A stretch of DNA of 64,000 nucleotides from a virus (taxonomy: Duplodnaviria > Caudoviricetes). A program made the translations under genes and the position numbers. How positions within the stretch are numbered: the first letter of the stretch is position 1; each line of letters opens with the position of its first letter. The stretch covers positions 7,366 to 71,365 of the IMG/VR virus record IMGVR_UViG_3300025600_000019; one strand, written 5' to 3'. Below, piece after piece: positions 1 to 9,925 of the stretch. The notes beneath the pieces were generated by a model that had not been told where the DNA came from, did not search any database, and was given only the letters and a program-made list of their open reading frames with translations.

Positions 1-3000
1 GCTTCCGCTGCTGTAATGGTTGTTGGTGGAATTTTAGTAAATATGGCACTCCCCATGCCAAAACCATCAGTACCAACAATAGCTGGGAATGACTATGATA
101 AATCAAACACGTATTCCTGGGCACCACAAACACTCCAGCAACAGGGAGTATCAATTCCACGCTCCTACGGTCGCTGTAAATTGTATGGTAATGCTATTAG
201 TGGCTATCTTGAAAGTGACGGAGATAAGCAATATCTAAATGCCCTTGTTTCACTTGGTATTGGTCCATTCTTTGATATCCCCTCCAGTGGGATGAAGATA
301 AATGAGCAACCTATTGATAATTTCCGTTCCTCAATTTCCGTTCCTCAGGTAAGATTGGGGACTTTAAATCAAACACCCCTTTCGAATTTTGAGGACACAC
401 GGATTGAACATGCGTTATCTCAGAAAATTACAGTTGCAAACAGTCCTTATATTTATGAACCTTCTGGGACTGATTACAATGGTCTTGAGGTTGAAATTAC
501 ATTTCCCCAAGGACTTTATGAAGTAGATCAAAGTTCAGGAGCATTTAAAACAGCACTAGTGTCGTTACAAGTTTCTTTTACAAATGGAGTGATTACTAAA
601 TATGTGGAATGGGTAAGTGAGGAAACGACAAGTACTACTCCTGGAACTTATACAGGGTGGTCTTTAGGTAAATGGGTCTCAGGAATGTGGAATGGGGGAA
701 CTTGGTATGAAGCACTGGCGGGTCCAGCAGAGATTAGAGACCCTAGTACAGGGCAACCATGGCACAATACAGGTGATTGGCAATCAGGGTATCAGTGGTC
801 TTATTTTGAGAATTTAACAATTCAGGTTATCCGGGATTCAAGGGATGTTTTAAATCAAAGTACTATTTCAGGTGCTTCCCAAAAAGTCATGCGTAAAATA
901 TGGCGCATATATGGATTAGAAGGGTCCAATTGGGAAGTTCACATTCAAAGGATTACACCAGATAATTCATCAGCTTATTTATATAATGATTTTTTTATAT
1001 CAGCAGTACGTGAAATTTACACAATACCATTTCAATATCCAAGACAGGTTCTTGTTGGTATTGATGCACTGGGTACTGAAATTCTTTCTGGTAGTTTAAA
1101 GTTTTCTGCTATTTGCGATTGTTTGTATGTTCGTGTATGTGCTTCTGATGGAGTTACATGGAGTGTACAGTACAGTAACAATCCTGCATGGGTCCTTTGT
1201 GACATTTTAACTCGTCCAGTTTACTCAGGAGATGCCGCTAGTGGGTTTACTGTTGTTCGGTATGATGGGATGCTTCCTGCACGTATTGATGTTGCCAAGT
1301 TTATTGAGTGGGCAGACTGGTGTAATGACTTAGTACCGGATGGTGCTGGTGGAACTGAAAAACGAATGACTTTCAATGGTACATTTGATGCTGAAACCTC
1401 TGTGTGGGATGCTGCTCTCCAAGTCTGCCAAGTTGGTTTTGCTATGCTTGTATGGAATGGTATTAATCTTACTCTTGCAATAGATAAAGCATCTGACCCT
1501 GTACATCTGTTTTCTGTTGGCAATACCTGTGAAAGTTCTTTCTCTGAGGTATTTTTACCATTGGAAGATCGTGCCGCAGAAATTGAAATGGATTTTATTA
1601 ATTCAGAAAATGACTACGCTAGAGACAAATTAACCATTGTTAATGGAAACATTAACACCATTAATAGTAAAGTTGGTTTGCAGGTTATTGGTATTTCAAA
1701 ATCATCTGAGGCATGGAGGTACGCATCACGCAGGTTGGCATATAACCAGTACCTAGTTCGTACTGTTTCATTCAAAGCTGATATTGATGCCATTGCCTGT
1801 ACGATTGGTGATGTAATAGAACTACAATCTGATGTACCACAATGGGGTTCTGGTGGTAGGATAGTATCAGCTCAATCAACTAGTATTATACTTGACCAAG
1901 ACGTCACCATTGTTTCTGGAACATCATATGCAATTATGGTTCGGTGCAATGATGATTCATTGCTTGAACGAACTGTTACTAATGCTCCGGGAGTCACAAA
2001 CACTATTACAGTTTCCAGTCCTTTTAGTCCTATTCCAGAAGTATATGCAGTTTATGCATTTGGTGAAACTGACATTGAAGCAAAACCTTTCAAAGTTATT
2101 CAAATGCAAAAAGTTGAGGATTTAAAAATCAACATCACTTGTGTTGAATACAATGAAAGCATTTACGGATTAGATGATGGCACCCCTGTAATTCCAACTC
2201 GAAATTATTCAGTTATTAATCCATTGCCACCAGTCACTAATTTAGTTTTACATGAGTTACTTGTTTATAACATTGATGGAGTCTTGATTGATAGTTTGCA
2301 TATCAGTTTTGACAACCCACAATCATCCACATTTAAAATTGCAGAGATTTGGATACATGATGATCAACCATGGCATAAAGTTGCAGAGACATTAACAGGA
2401 TTTTATATTTATGAAAATCACAATTTAGTTGCTGGATCTTATATTAGTGTTGCAATTTTGACTGTTAATTATGCCGGTGAAAAAATGTCGTTGGAGAATG
2501 CTCCAACTGCTAGTCTAAGTATTACTGGAACTACTGTAATTGTTCCTAATGTTTCAGGTTTCGAATTGTTTGGACAGGGAAATAATAATTACTTTATTGG
2601 TAAAGATATTAAATTACGTTGGAATGCAATAACAGCTAATCCATTACTTGAAGCAAGTGGTCCTGCTTCTCCAAGTACGTACCCAACATGGTTTAAATGG
2701 TATGAATTGCAGATTTATGATGGGATTGTATTAATTCGAACTGAATATTTAAAAACAGAAACATACAATTATGACTACGAAAAAAATTATGTTGATACCT
2801 TAGGGCATCCTTCTAGAGAAGTTACATTTGTTTTATATGCAGTTGGTACAAAAGGTGACGTTTCCGTAATACCAGCTAGATTGACTGCTATTAATATAGC
2901 TCCAGCAGTTGTTAGTGGTGTTGTTTTAACTTCATTCATTGAAGCATTTACAGTAAATTTTCAACCGTTGTCAGAATTAGATGTTGCTGGTTATTTAATT

Positions 3001-5376
3001 CACGCCAATCAAATATCTGGGTTTACTCCCTCTGAGAGTACTTTAATAAATAGAGGTCCTGAAACTTCATTTTTTAAAGCAGCCCTTCCAGGTGAATGGT
3101 TTATCAAAATTGCAGCATATGACACATTTGGGGAAAGTGCTCTTTTATATTCTCCTGAATACTCAGTTAATGTTGCCACATTAGGTCCATTGGATACAGT
3201 CCCTCCAGATGACCCAACATGGAACACTGCTGAAACATCGTTGGAAACAGATGGAACAACTTCTAAAATTGCATTGTCATGGAATTTAATCGAACCAGAA
3301 GATTTTCTACAGTACAACATTCAGTATGACACAAGTGGATTATTTACTGCTTCTGAACAACGATCAACCCCTTTAAAATTTTATGAGCTTACTGGATTGG
3401 TTACAGGGCAAGAATACTATTTCCAGATCCAAGCAGTTGACAAGTATAATAATGTGAGTAATTGGGTTGTTTATGAAGGTCCTATTGTTGCTGCTATGGA
3501 TACAACGGCTCCCAGTCCAGTTGTAGGATTAGTTGCAACATCAGCGTTTAAATCGGTATTTTTAACATGGGATTCAAATACTGAATCTGACCTATTAGAA
3601 TACATTGTTGAAATTGCAAATAATGAGACATTTTCTCTTGGATTGATTTCATTCTCTGTAGGACTAAATAATAACTTTACGTATTCAGGTGTTCCCGGAC
3701 TTGCCTATTATGCAAGAGTAACGCCTAGAGACCGTTCTGGGAATGTTCCTAACACGGGAGGTCCAGCAGATGATGGTTGGTCTAATGTCGTGTACACAAT
3801 TCCAGGAACACTTCTTGCCACTGACATTGATAATTTCAGTATTGATGCCTCTCAGTTGTACACAAATGTCCCAGTAATTAAAGAGGCAGCGTCTTCTATT
3901 TGGGTGGCAAACACTCCAACTGGAGGTATTTCTTGGGCATCTCACACAGTTGTGTACAAAAGTAAAATATTCACAATTAATGCTGGGAGTACTACAGTGC
4001 TTTATGTTGCAGCTGATTTGTCAGGGGATAGTGGCACAATCTCATATTTTGGAGCAAATGTGGCACCATCTCAACAAGACTTTTTTGTGATGGCTAAAAA
4101 TACCTCGGGTGCTCTTGAAATTGTATGGCAAGCACAGGCCAACATGGTAATTGGTTCTGCTAACATTATGGAGTTGGCTGTAAATAGTGGCAAAATATCT
4201 GATCTTGCGGTTGATAAATTGGTATCAGCAAATATTAATGCCACTGAATACATTGGTGTAAATAATGGACAAATTAAACTTGGTTTAATTGGAACAGACG
4301 AAAATGGTATATTAGTTCAAGATCATGCGGGTTCAGATGTTTTTAGAGTAAATGATACAGGTGAAACAACTTTAAAGAATTTGAATGTTGATGGTACTAT
4401 TAGCGTTGGTGATGGAAGGATCAATCTTGAAGGAGGAACTTCCTCAATTGCTGTTCGTAATGCAGATGACACTCATAATACTGTTCTCCTTGGGAAATTA
4501 GCAACTGATATGTATGGCTTGCAAGTTAACCAAGTTGATGGCACCCAGGTATTTAGAGTGGATGAAGATGGGGCTGTTGTTCAAAATGCAACAGTTGGTA
4601 ATTTGCTCGTTGGACCAGAAGGGATTCTATGTGGTGCTCAAGGAGGGTTGAGTGCCTTTAAAGTGTGGGATGCTGGTGGTGGTTCCATGAATATTTTCCT
4701 TGGGAATGCTGCTGGGCAGTACTTGCATTGGAATGGGACATATTTAGACATCAATGCAAGTATCGCAATGTCATCAACTTCTACTATTTCATGGGCTCAA
4801 GTAACAGGAGGTGGAAAGCCTGCTGATAATGCCACAGTTGGTGCAACATGGGGTGTGAACGTCTCTGGAGCACCCACGGTGTACACGCAAGCTGAAATAA
4901 AATCTTTTGCCACAACAATTACGAATACCACGGTAACCACTGCTTTTGTAAACGCTTTGAATGTGACAGCAAATTCTGTGAACGCAAATTGGGTGTACGC
5001 GGGTTCAATAAATGCAAATAATATTACCGCAGGTACTTTAAGTGCTAATCGTATAGATGTTGGCAATATTAATGCGGGTTCCGTAAATGGGCTTAGAATG
5101 ATTACAGGAGTAGTAAATAGTGATGGTACCATAGCTTCCGGCCCGGGATTCACGGTATCAAAACTAGGAACAGGAGATTTCCAGATAACCTTCACCACTC
5201 CGTTTGCTGCTTTACCTGTTGTATTGGCTTCCATAACAGGTGCATCTATTACTATGCCCGCCGTCATATCTACTCAGGTTTTCAATACTTGGTTGGCAGA
5301 GATTCATATATATAGCAGTGTAAATGGTAGTACTTTAGACAATCCTTTCGGTTTTACAGCTATTGGACTTAAATAA
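1..5376 (+). CDS. Tail tip / host-specificity protein J-like (central fibre), 5'-truncated by the window edge
   Basis: Frame is open from base 1. J-like motifs PRSYGRCKLYGNAI, YSNNPAWVLCDIL, FNGTFDAETSVWDAAL and TIGDVIELQ. FN3-like repeats (DTVPPDDPTW, DTTAPSPVVGL..VFLTWD) are followed by a fibre-like region and a C-terminal beta domain. Confidence 0.88.
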   Translation, partial: ASAAVMVVGGILVNMALPMPKPSVPTIAGNDYDKSNTYSWAPQTLQQQGVSIPRSYGRCKLYGNAISGYLESDGDKQYLNALVSLGIGPFFDIPSSGMKINEQPIDNFRSSISVPQVRLGTLNQTPLSNFEDTRIEHALSQKITVANSPYIYEPSGTDYNGLEVEITFPQGLYEVDQSSGAFKTALVSLQVSFTNGVITKYVEWVSEETTSTTPGTYTGWSLGKWVSGMWNGGTWYEALAGPAEIRDPSTGQPWHNTGDWQSGYQWSYFENLTIQVIRDSRDVLNQSTISGASQKVMRKIWRIYGLEGSNWEVHIQRITPDNSSAYLYNDFFISAVREIYTIPFQYPRQVLVGIDALGTEILSGSLKFSAICDCLYVRVCASDGVTWSVQYSNNPAWVLCDILTRPVYSGDAASGFTVVRYDGMLPARIDVAKFIEWADWCNDLVPDGAGGTEKRMTFNGTFDAETSVWDAALQVCQVGFAMLVWNGINLTLAIDKASDPVHLFSVGNTCESSFSEVFLPLEDRAAEIEMDFINSENDYARDKLTIVNGNINTINSKVGLQVIGISKSSEAWRYASRRLAYNQYLVRTVSFKADIDAIACTIGDVIELQSDVPQWGSGGRIVSAQSTSIILDQDVTIVSGTSYAIMVRCNDDSLLERTVTNAPGVTNTITVSSPFSPIPEVYAVYAFGETDIEAKPFKVIQMQKVEDLKINITCVEYNESIYGLDDGTPVIPTRNYSVINPLPPVTNLVLHELLVYNIDGVLIDSLHISFDNPQSSTFKIAEIWIHDDQPWHKVAETLTGFYIYENHNLVAGSYISVAILTVNYAGEKMSLENAPTASLSITGTTVIVPNVSGFELFGQGNNNYFIGKDIKLRWNAITANPLLEASGPASPSTYPTWFKWYELQIYDGIVLIRTEYLKTETYNYDYEKNYVDTLGHPSREVTFVLYAVGTKGDVSVIPARLTAINIAPAVVSGVVLTSFIEAFTVNFQPLSELDVAGYLIHANQISGFTPSESTLINRGPETSFFKAALPGEWFIKIAAYDTFGESALLYSPEYSVNVATLGPLDTVPPDDPTWNTAETSLETDGTTSKIALSWNLIEPEDFLQYNIQYDTSGLFTASEQRSTPLKFYELTGLVTGQEYYFQIQAVDKYNNVSNWVVYEGPIVAAMDTTAPSPVVGLVATSAFKSVFLTWDSNTESDLLEYIVEIANNETFSLGLISFSVGLNNNFTYSGVPGLAYYARVTPRDRSGNVPNTGGPADDGWSNVVYTIPGTLLATDIDNFSIDASQLYTNVPVIKEAASSIWVANTPTGGISWASHTVVYKSKIFTINAGSTTVLYVAADLSGDSGTISYFGANVAPSQQDFFVMAKNTSGALEIVWQAQANMVIGSANIMELAVNSGKISDLAVDKLVSANINATEYIGVNNGQIKLGLIGTDENGILVQDHAGSDVFRVNDTGETTLKNLNVDGTISVGDGRINLEGGTSSIAVRNADDTHNTVLLGKLATDMYGLQVNQVDGTQVFRVDEDGAVVQNATVGNLLVGPEGILCGAQGGLSAFKVWDAGGGSMNIFLGNAAGQYLHWNGTYLDINASIAMSSTSTISWAQVTGGGKPADNATVGATWGVNVSGAPTVYTQAEIKSFATTITNTTVTTAFVNALNVTANSVNANWVYAGSINANNITAGTLSANRIDVGNINAGSVNGLRMITGVVNSDGTIASGPGFTVSKLGTGDFQITFTTPFAALPVVLASITGASITMPAVISTQVFNTWLAEIHIYSSVNGSTLDNPFGFTAIGLK

Positions 5377-5392
5377 AAAGAAATATTAATTA

Positions 5393-5421
5393 TTGTGCTC
5401 CACATTGCTAAAACGTATAAT
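5393..5421 (+). promoter_or_regulatory. Sigma70-like promoter TTGTGC-17-TATAAT upstream of the fibre/membrane genes
   Basis: Perfect -10 box, exact 17-nt spacer, AT-rich intergenic gap, AAGGAG RBS downstream. Confidence 0.55.
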
Positions 5422-5459
5422 TAAAGAATTCAAAAGGAGACAACTTATGGAGACTGATC

Positions 5460-6170
5460 ATGTCCCAGTATAAAACAGGAACAATTGCAATAGACAGTGC
5501 TAGTCCAACTATTGTAGTGGGTATAGGTGCATTGTGGTCTCTGTCAAATACTCCAGTAACAGAATTAACAACTTTTAAAGTCGCTGGACTTCCTAATGTG
5601 TACCCAGTTGATTCTATTAATTATGAGCTTTCTTCGGATGGAACACAAACGCTCCATTTAGTTGCTCCGGGATACACAGGAGATACAATCACAGGACTTG
5701 GTTACCAGATTACAAGGGATTTCACACCCAACAGAAGTTACCCCGAATTGAGTATGTATGATGCCGATTTCGCAACTTACATTACAAGAGCATTACGGAT
5801 GATTGATGTTGATATGGCAACTGTTCTTACTGGTGGATCAAACAATTCAAGTTCCGTAAATTCAAAAAATGATGGGTACACCCTAGCTCTTACTGACATG
5901 GGAGGAATTGTGTACCACCCAGCGGAGGATGCAACAGAAAGAACTTGGACTATCCCAGCAAATGTAGATATCGCTTTTCCTGTTGGTTCAAGAATTACTT
6001 TAGTAAACGATATATCTGCTGGAGCAATAACAATTACAATTACATCAGATACACTTTTGTGGGTAGGTTCAGGTGAAGCTGGAACTAGGGTACTTGAACC
6101 TGCAGGGCGTGCAACATTGGAAAAAGTAAGTTCTACAGGATGGATAATTAGTGGTTCAAATTTAACTTAA
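5460..6170 (+). CDS. Small tail fibre / fibre-associated protein
   Basis: N-terminal YKTGTIAI..VVGIGALW resembles fibre attachment domains. C-terminal YTLALTDMG..TIPAN..AFPVGSRI..ATLEKVSSTGWIISG beta domain is common in fibres. Lies directly after J. Confidence 0.65.
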   Translation: MSQYKTGTIAIDSASPTIVVGIGALWSLSNTPVTELTTFKVAGLPNVYPVDSINYELSSDGTQTLHLVAPGYTGDTITGLGYQITRDFTPNRSYPELSMYDADFATYITRALRMIDVDMATVLTGGSNNSSSVNSKNDGYTLALTDMGGIVYHPAEDATERTWTIPANVDIAFPVGSRITLVNDISAGAITITITSDTLLWVGSGEAGTRVLEPAGRATLEKVSSTGWIISGSNLT

Positions 6171-6193
6171 TCCAAAAGGGGGTTACACAGATT

Positions 6194-6526
6194 ATGGAAC
6201 AAGACGAGCATTGGAACGAAAAAAGAAAAGTAGAAAACGTGCCTCCGATGAATTGTAAGGCACATGGGATGTTGGCAATGAGAGTGAATATTATTCTTAG
6301 TTTATTGGTAGCAAATTTTGGACTTGCATGGTTCGTGTTCTACACGGAAATTAAACCCATCTTTGTGCAAACCACATCACATGAGGTTGCCATTGTACAA
6401 ATAAACCGCAGGATGGATGCGCAAACCCAAAATTTAATGAATGACAACAATTTAGTAAATCAAAGAATGGACATTTTAGTTGGTCGGGTAGATCGTCACG
6501 TGGAGAAAACAAATGGCATCAATTAA
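6194..6526 (+). CDS. Single-TM membrane protein, holin/lysis-accessory candidate
   Basis: One hydrophobic segment (VNIILSLLVANFGLAWFVFY) followed by a coiled-coil-like tail. Position after tail genes. Confidence 0.4.
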   Translation: MEQDEHWNEKRKVENVPPMNCKAHGMLAMRVNIILSLLVANFGLAWFVFYTEIKPIFVQTTSHEVAIVQINRRMDAQTQNLMNDNNLVNQRMDILVGRVDRHVEKTNGIN

Positions 6527-7118
6527 TGATTTTGTAACCACTCAAGTAAATAACGTAAAAGTTATGTCTTTAACCAAAAAAATAATCTATGGGTCGTTGC
6601 TGCTACTTGGCATAAGTTATTTAGTCTGGAGCTTCATTCCAAAAGCTGCTCCAAATTATAAAGAATTTGCAGTCACGAAACCCGCGGTATCTGTTCCAAA
6701 GACAACAGGACCCATGCTCCAAGTCCCACTGAAAGTTGTTCCTAAAAGTGCGGTTAGAAAAGCATTCCCAACAGAACCAATTGAAGATCAAGAGGAAGTG
6801 GTTGATACTGCAAAAATACCACCTGCTCCAAATGGTGGAACAACAATCTCAAAGATCGATACTACGACCGGAGATACAAAAACAGATTTCAAACCTAGTC
6901 CTCCCCCGCTGTTGGCATTTGAAAATCAGAACTATCTTGGTGGTGGGGTTGAGTATCACGTAACTGGGGAAGTCAAAGCTAAGATATACTACAAGAGAGA
7001 TGTTGTTCGTTCCAAAGATGTTCATTTGCAAGTAGAAGTACAAGGCAAGATGCCCATTAGTGGGACGACTGGAAAGGCAGAATTGTTCGTTGGTCCTAAC
7101 CTAGAATGGAGGTTTTAA
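6513..7118 (+). CDS. N-anchored membrane protein with Pro-rich linker and C-terminal beta strands (spanin-like candidate)
   Basis: KK followed by IIYGSLLLLGISYLVWSFI (TM segment). Ends in amphipathic strands ...ELFVGPNLEWRF. Confidence 0.4.
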   Translation: MASINDFVTTQVNNVKVMSLTKKIIYGSLLLLGISYLVWSFIPKAAPNYKEFAVTKPAVSVPKTTGPMLQVPLKVVPKSAVRKAFPTEPIEDQEEVVDTAKIPPAPNGGTTISKIDTTTGDTKTDFKPSPPPLLAFENQNYLGGGVEYHVTGEVKAKIYYKRDVVRSKDVHLQVEVQGKMPISGTTGKAELFVGPNLEWRF

Positions 7119-7125
7119 AAAGTTC

Positions 7126-7201
7126 GAGGCATGTGGGTGTCTCCCCTTCATGCCTCTGCAATGCCCTCTCTGATTTGTGTGGAAGTCAGGGAGGGCTTTT
7201 T
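7126..7201. terminator. Tandem hairpins at the convergence of the + and - blocks (bidirectional terminator)
   Basis: GAGGCATG/CATGCCTC stem (7126-7156) preceded by an A-run. GCCCTCTCTGA/TCAGGGAGGGC stem (7163-7196) followed by TTTTT. Confidence 0.75.
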
Positions 7202-7815
7202 ATTCTTTAACTGTACTAATTCCATCTTTCATTTCAATTCGAATTACCTTGTCTGCCCCCGCTTCAATATCTGCCATTGGTACTCTTTCATCCGATATCA
7301 TGATAATTTGGAGATTCAATTTTTCACTGATTGTTTTCACCATTTGAATCGCTTTACAGTTCGCTTCTTCTCCTTTCAATCCACTAAAAGGTTCATCGAG
7401 TATCAAAACATTCTGAGTACGTACAGGAGCTAAACTCCATAGAGAAACACGCAACCCAAAAGCACCAACATTCTTTGCTCCCCCTCCACTCCCATTCATA
7501 GGATCTACCTGCTTTCCGTTGCGCGTGAAATATAAATCGCATTCAGTCCTATTTCTACGTTGGACAAACTCAACATCCAGGGTATATGGGTCAGGCAGAA
7601 TCCCTGCTAGTGCTAATGTGACAAGCTCTGATACATGGTACTCTAATTCCTGCTGTGTGAGTTGTGCCACATTCTGAATGATTGTTTGTGCTTCCTCCGC
7701 ATAAATTGATTGGAGATGGAGAGTTTCAACAGTTTGCTGGGACTGCTCAAGTTCTCTTAGAACCTGATCCCTCCTACCTTTTCGTTGCTCCAGTTGTTGT
7801 CGAAAATTAGTCATG
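7200..7815 (-). CDS. SbcC/Rad50-like ATPase, C-terminal half (short coil, ABC signature, Walker B)
   Basis: GSGGGAKNV signature and VLILDEPFSGL Walker B/D-loop, with no Walker A. Start set at MTNFRQQ (AAGGA RBS). Confidence 0.85.
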
Positions 7816-8124
7816 GTAGTTATCCTTGCGTTCCGCAATCTGGCAGGCATTAAATACATTTTTCCGCAATTCTTCTAATTCTGGAGTTTCTGATCTGTAA
7901 ATGGGGTTTTGCATTAATTCTTTTAATTGTCTCCAATTTGTGTCTGTTAATGTGAGTGTTCTCATACAGGGCACCACGTAGGACTTTCTTCATGCAGGTT
8001 GACTGGTTTAAATTCAGTGTTCATTTGGGGGTGATTGCAGTTTGGACCATACCCATAAGGCCATTGAAATGAGTATTGACAATGCCCACATGTTTCTGGT
8101 TTGTCGTAAAACTTTTGTTGCAAT

Positions 8125-8370
8125 TCACTGCCAGTCATACATTTTCTCCAGTTGTTCTTGTTTCTCTTCAATGTCATTGGTAATCTTTTTGTTCTGTTCT
8201 GTTAGTTCATCCAAAAGTTTATCTCCTTCTTTTGTTGTAGTGACATTAAATTCTTTTTCCAATGTCACAAAATCTTGTTCCAGTCCTCCTTTCAGGCGTT
8301 CTTTTTTTGCACTATCTTCTTCCAGTTGCTGTTTCATTGCTAACAGTTTTTCGGTTAGTTTGTCAGCCAT
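8125..8370 (-). CDS. 81-aa coiled-coil protein
   Basis: Heptad-rich, charged, all-helical sequence lying between the SbcC halves. Confidence 0.6.
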   Translation of the reverse strand: MADKLTEKLLAMKQQLEEDSAKKERLKGGLEQDFVTLEKEFNVTTTKEGDKLLDELTEQNKKITNDIEEKQEQLEKMYDWQ

Positions 8371-8603
8371 TATTTCCCTCTCCGTTTGCGTGATTCTTGT
8401 TTGCGTTGATTTCTAGTTTTATTTGCCCAATTTGATAACTTACTATTTCCAGTAAGATCAATGATTACTTCATCATTACCATCCAATGCCACATGAGCAT
8501 TATAACGCAATTCGTCTGGAACTTCGTCATAAAATTGGCGCATTCTCATTTCCATTGTTTCAAATACATTTGCAGATACCAAATGACCCGTATTACAATT
8601 CAT
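8370..8603 (-). CDS. Hypothetical protein
   Basis: 77-aa ORF with GGAGG RBS, translationally coupled to the next gene. Confidence 0.55.
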   Translation of the reverse strand: MNCNTGHLVSANVFETMEMRMRQFYDEVPDELRYNAHVALDGNDEVIIDLTGNSKLSNWANKTRNQRKQESRKRRGK

Positions 8604-8728
8604 AATTTATTCCTCCCCTTGTTGTTCCCACCACTCTCTTTTAATTACTCGTACTGAATATTCCCCAATAAACACCAACACACACTTTGTAGATGGTTTG
8701 TTTATCACACCATTATTTTTTGGGACCA

Positions 8729-9607
8729 TCATGAACCAATTGCCTCCATCACCATTTCTTTTGTTTTAGATCGTACACGATTTGCTGAAAAGAATTTTTC
8801 CAAATTATCTTCAAAAGACAAATTTATGGAAAAATCCCCTGAGAGACGATCTACAAAGGCATCGATACGAGTTTCACGATCTTCAATTTTTTCAATGTGC
8901 TCCCTGTTGATTACATTCTCTTGAATTGGAGCATACACGGGTTCAACATGATTATCATTTGCATACCAAAGGTACACACAGGGTTTGTGGCTAACTTGAT
9001 CAACAGTTTGTCGAGTTAATGAACCTGGGTTAACCAATAATCGCCCGTGATGTTCAACAACAAATGATTTGTGGTTGTGACCTGTTATTACAAGGTCAAA
9101 TCCTTTCATGAATTTTAATAGTTCAAGTGCTCCCATTGCTGTACACCCTGGCCATGGGTTACGTCCTTGATAGGTCATTACATGACAAAGGGCAATGTCT
9201 CCATATCTCTGATTATCCAATTTATAATTCCATGGAAAACTTGAAATTCTAAGATCTGGGATTTCCACATCTTCACCACGTAGTACTTTAAGCACCTTTG
9301 CTGCTGCAAGCACTCCTAGACCACACTTGGTAAATAACTCCAGATTGTGCTGTGGCAGATCATGATTCCCAGGAATTGTAATCATCCCATTTGGCAGATT
9401 CTTGATTGCCCACTGTACTAAGTAATATGAGGGCTTCCAGGTGTTGAACATATCCCCCGCATCAAGTATAGGGCATTCATATTTTTCTTGCAGATCATTC
9501 AACCAATGAATTTTATTTGCCTGAGCTTCCCAAAAGTTGTCAGTTCTACAAATGGGGATGTCATCACGTAAATGCAGGTCTCCTGAGATTATGCATGTTG
9601 GATTCAT
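8729..9607 (-). CDS. SbcD/Mre11-like metallophosphoesterase nuclease
   Basis: GDLH, GDMFN, PGNHD, GHNH and NPGS calcineurin-like motifs. Adjacent to the SbcC halves. Confidence 0.88.
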   Translation of the reverse strand: MNPTCIISGDLHLRDDIPICRTDNFWEAQANKIHWLNDLQEKYECPILDAGDMFNTWKPSYYLVQWAIKNLPNGMITIPGNHDLPQHNLELFTKCGLGVLAAAKVLKVLRGEDVEIPDLRISSFPWNYKLDNQRYGDIALCHVMTYQGRNPWPGCTAMGALELLKFMKGFDLVITGHNHKSFVVEHHGRLLVNPGSLTRQTVDQVSHKPCVYLWYANDNHVEPVYAPIQENVINREHIEKIEDRETRIDAFVDRLSGDFSINLSFEDNLEKFFSANRVRSKTKEMVMEAIGS

Positions 9608-9925
9608 AGACTTTTCCAAAAATAAGAACAAGCTAACTGTAAATGACGCAAAGTACATAAGAAATTATTTATCGCGGATTCTCGATACCATGCTTTCCAT
9701 AGTTTTGGTTGACAGGTAACAAGAGCCCCAAATTTATATTTTAGTCTTTTGTTGGAATTTGCAATTCTTCTGAGTAATTTCATCAAAGTTTCCTTTCAAG
9801 TATTTTGTTACTCCATATACAACAAGTTATACAAAGTGTATCTATTTGATAACTCCTTTGATAACCTATTTTAAAACCATACCAAGTAAATATTGCCCTA
9901 ACTTCTTTTCCACAAATGCTGCATT

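Noticed and set aside
4797-5267. 156-aa antisense ORF within the tail tip gene
   Set aside because: It mirrors the codon bias of the Thr/Ala/Val-rich sense gene and has no independent motif or RBS.
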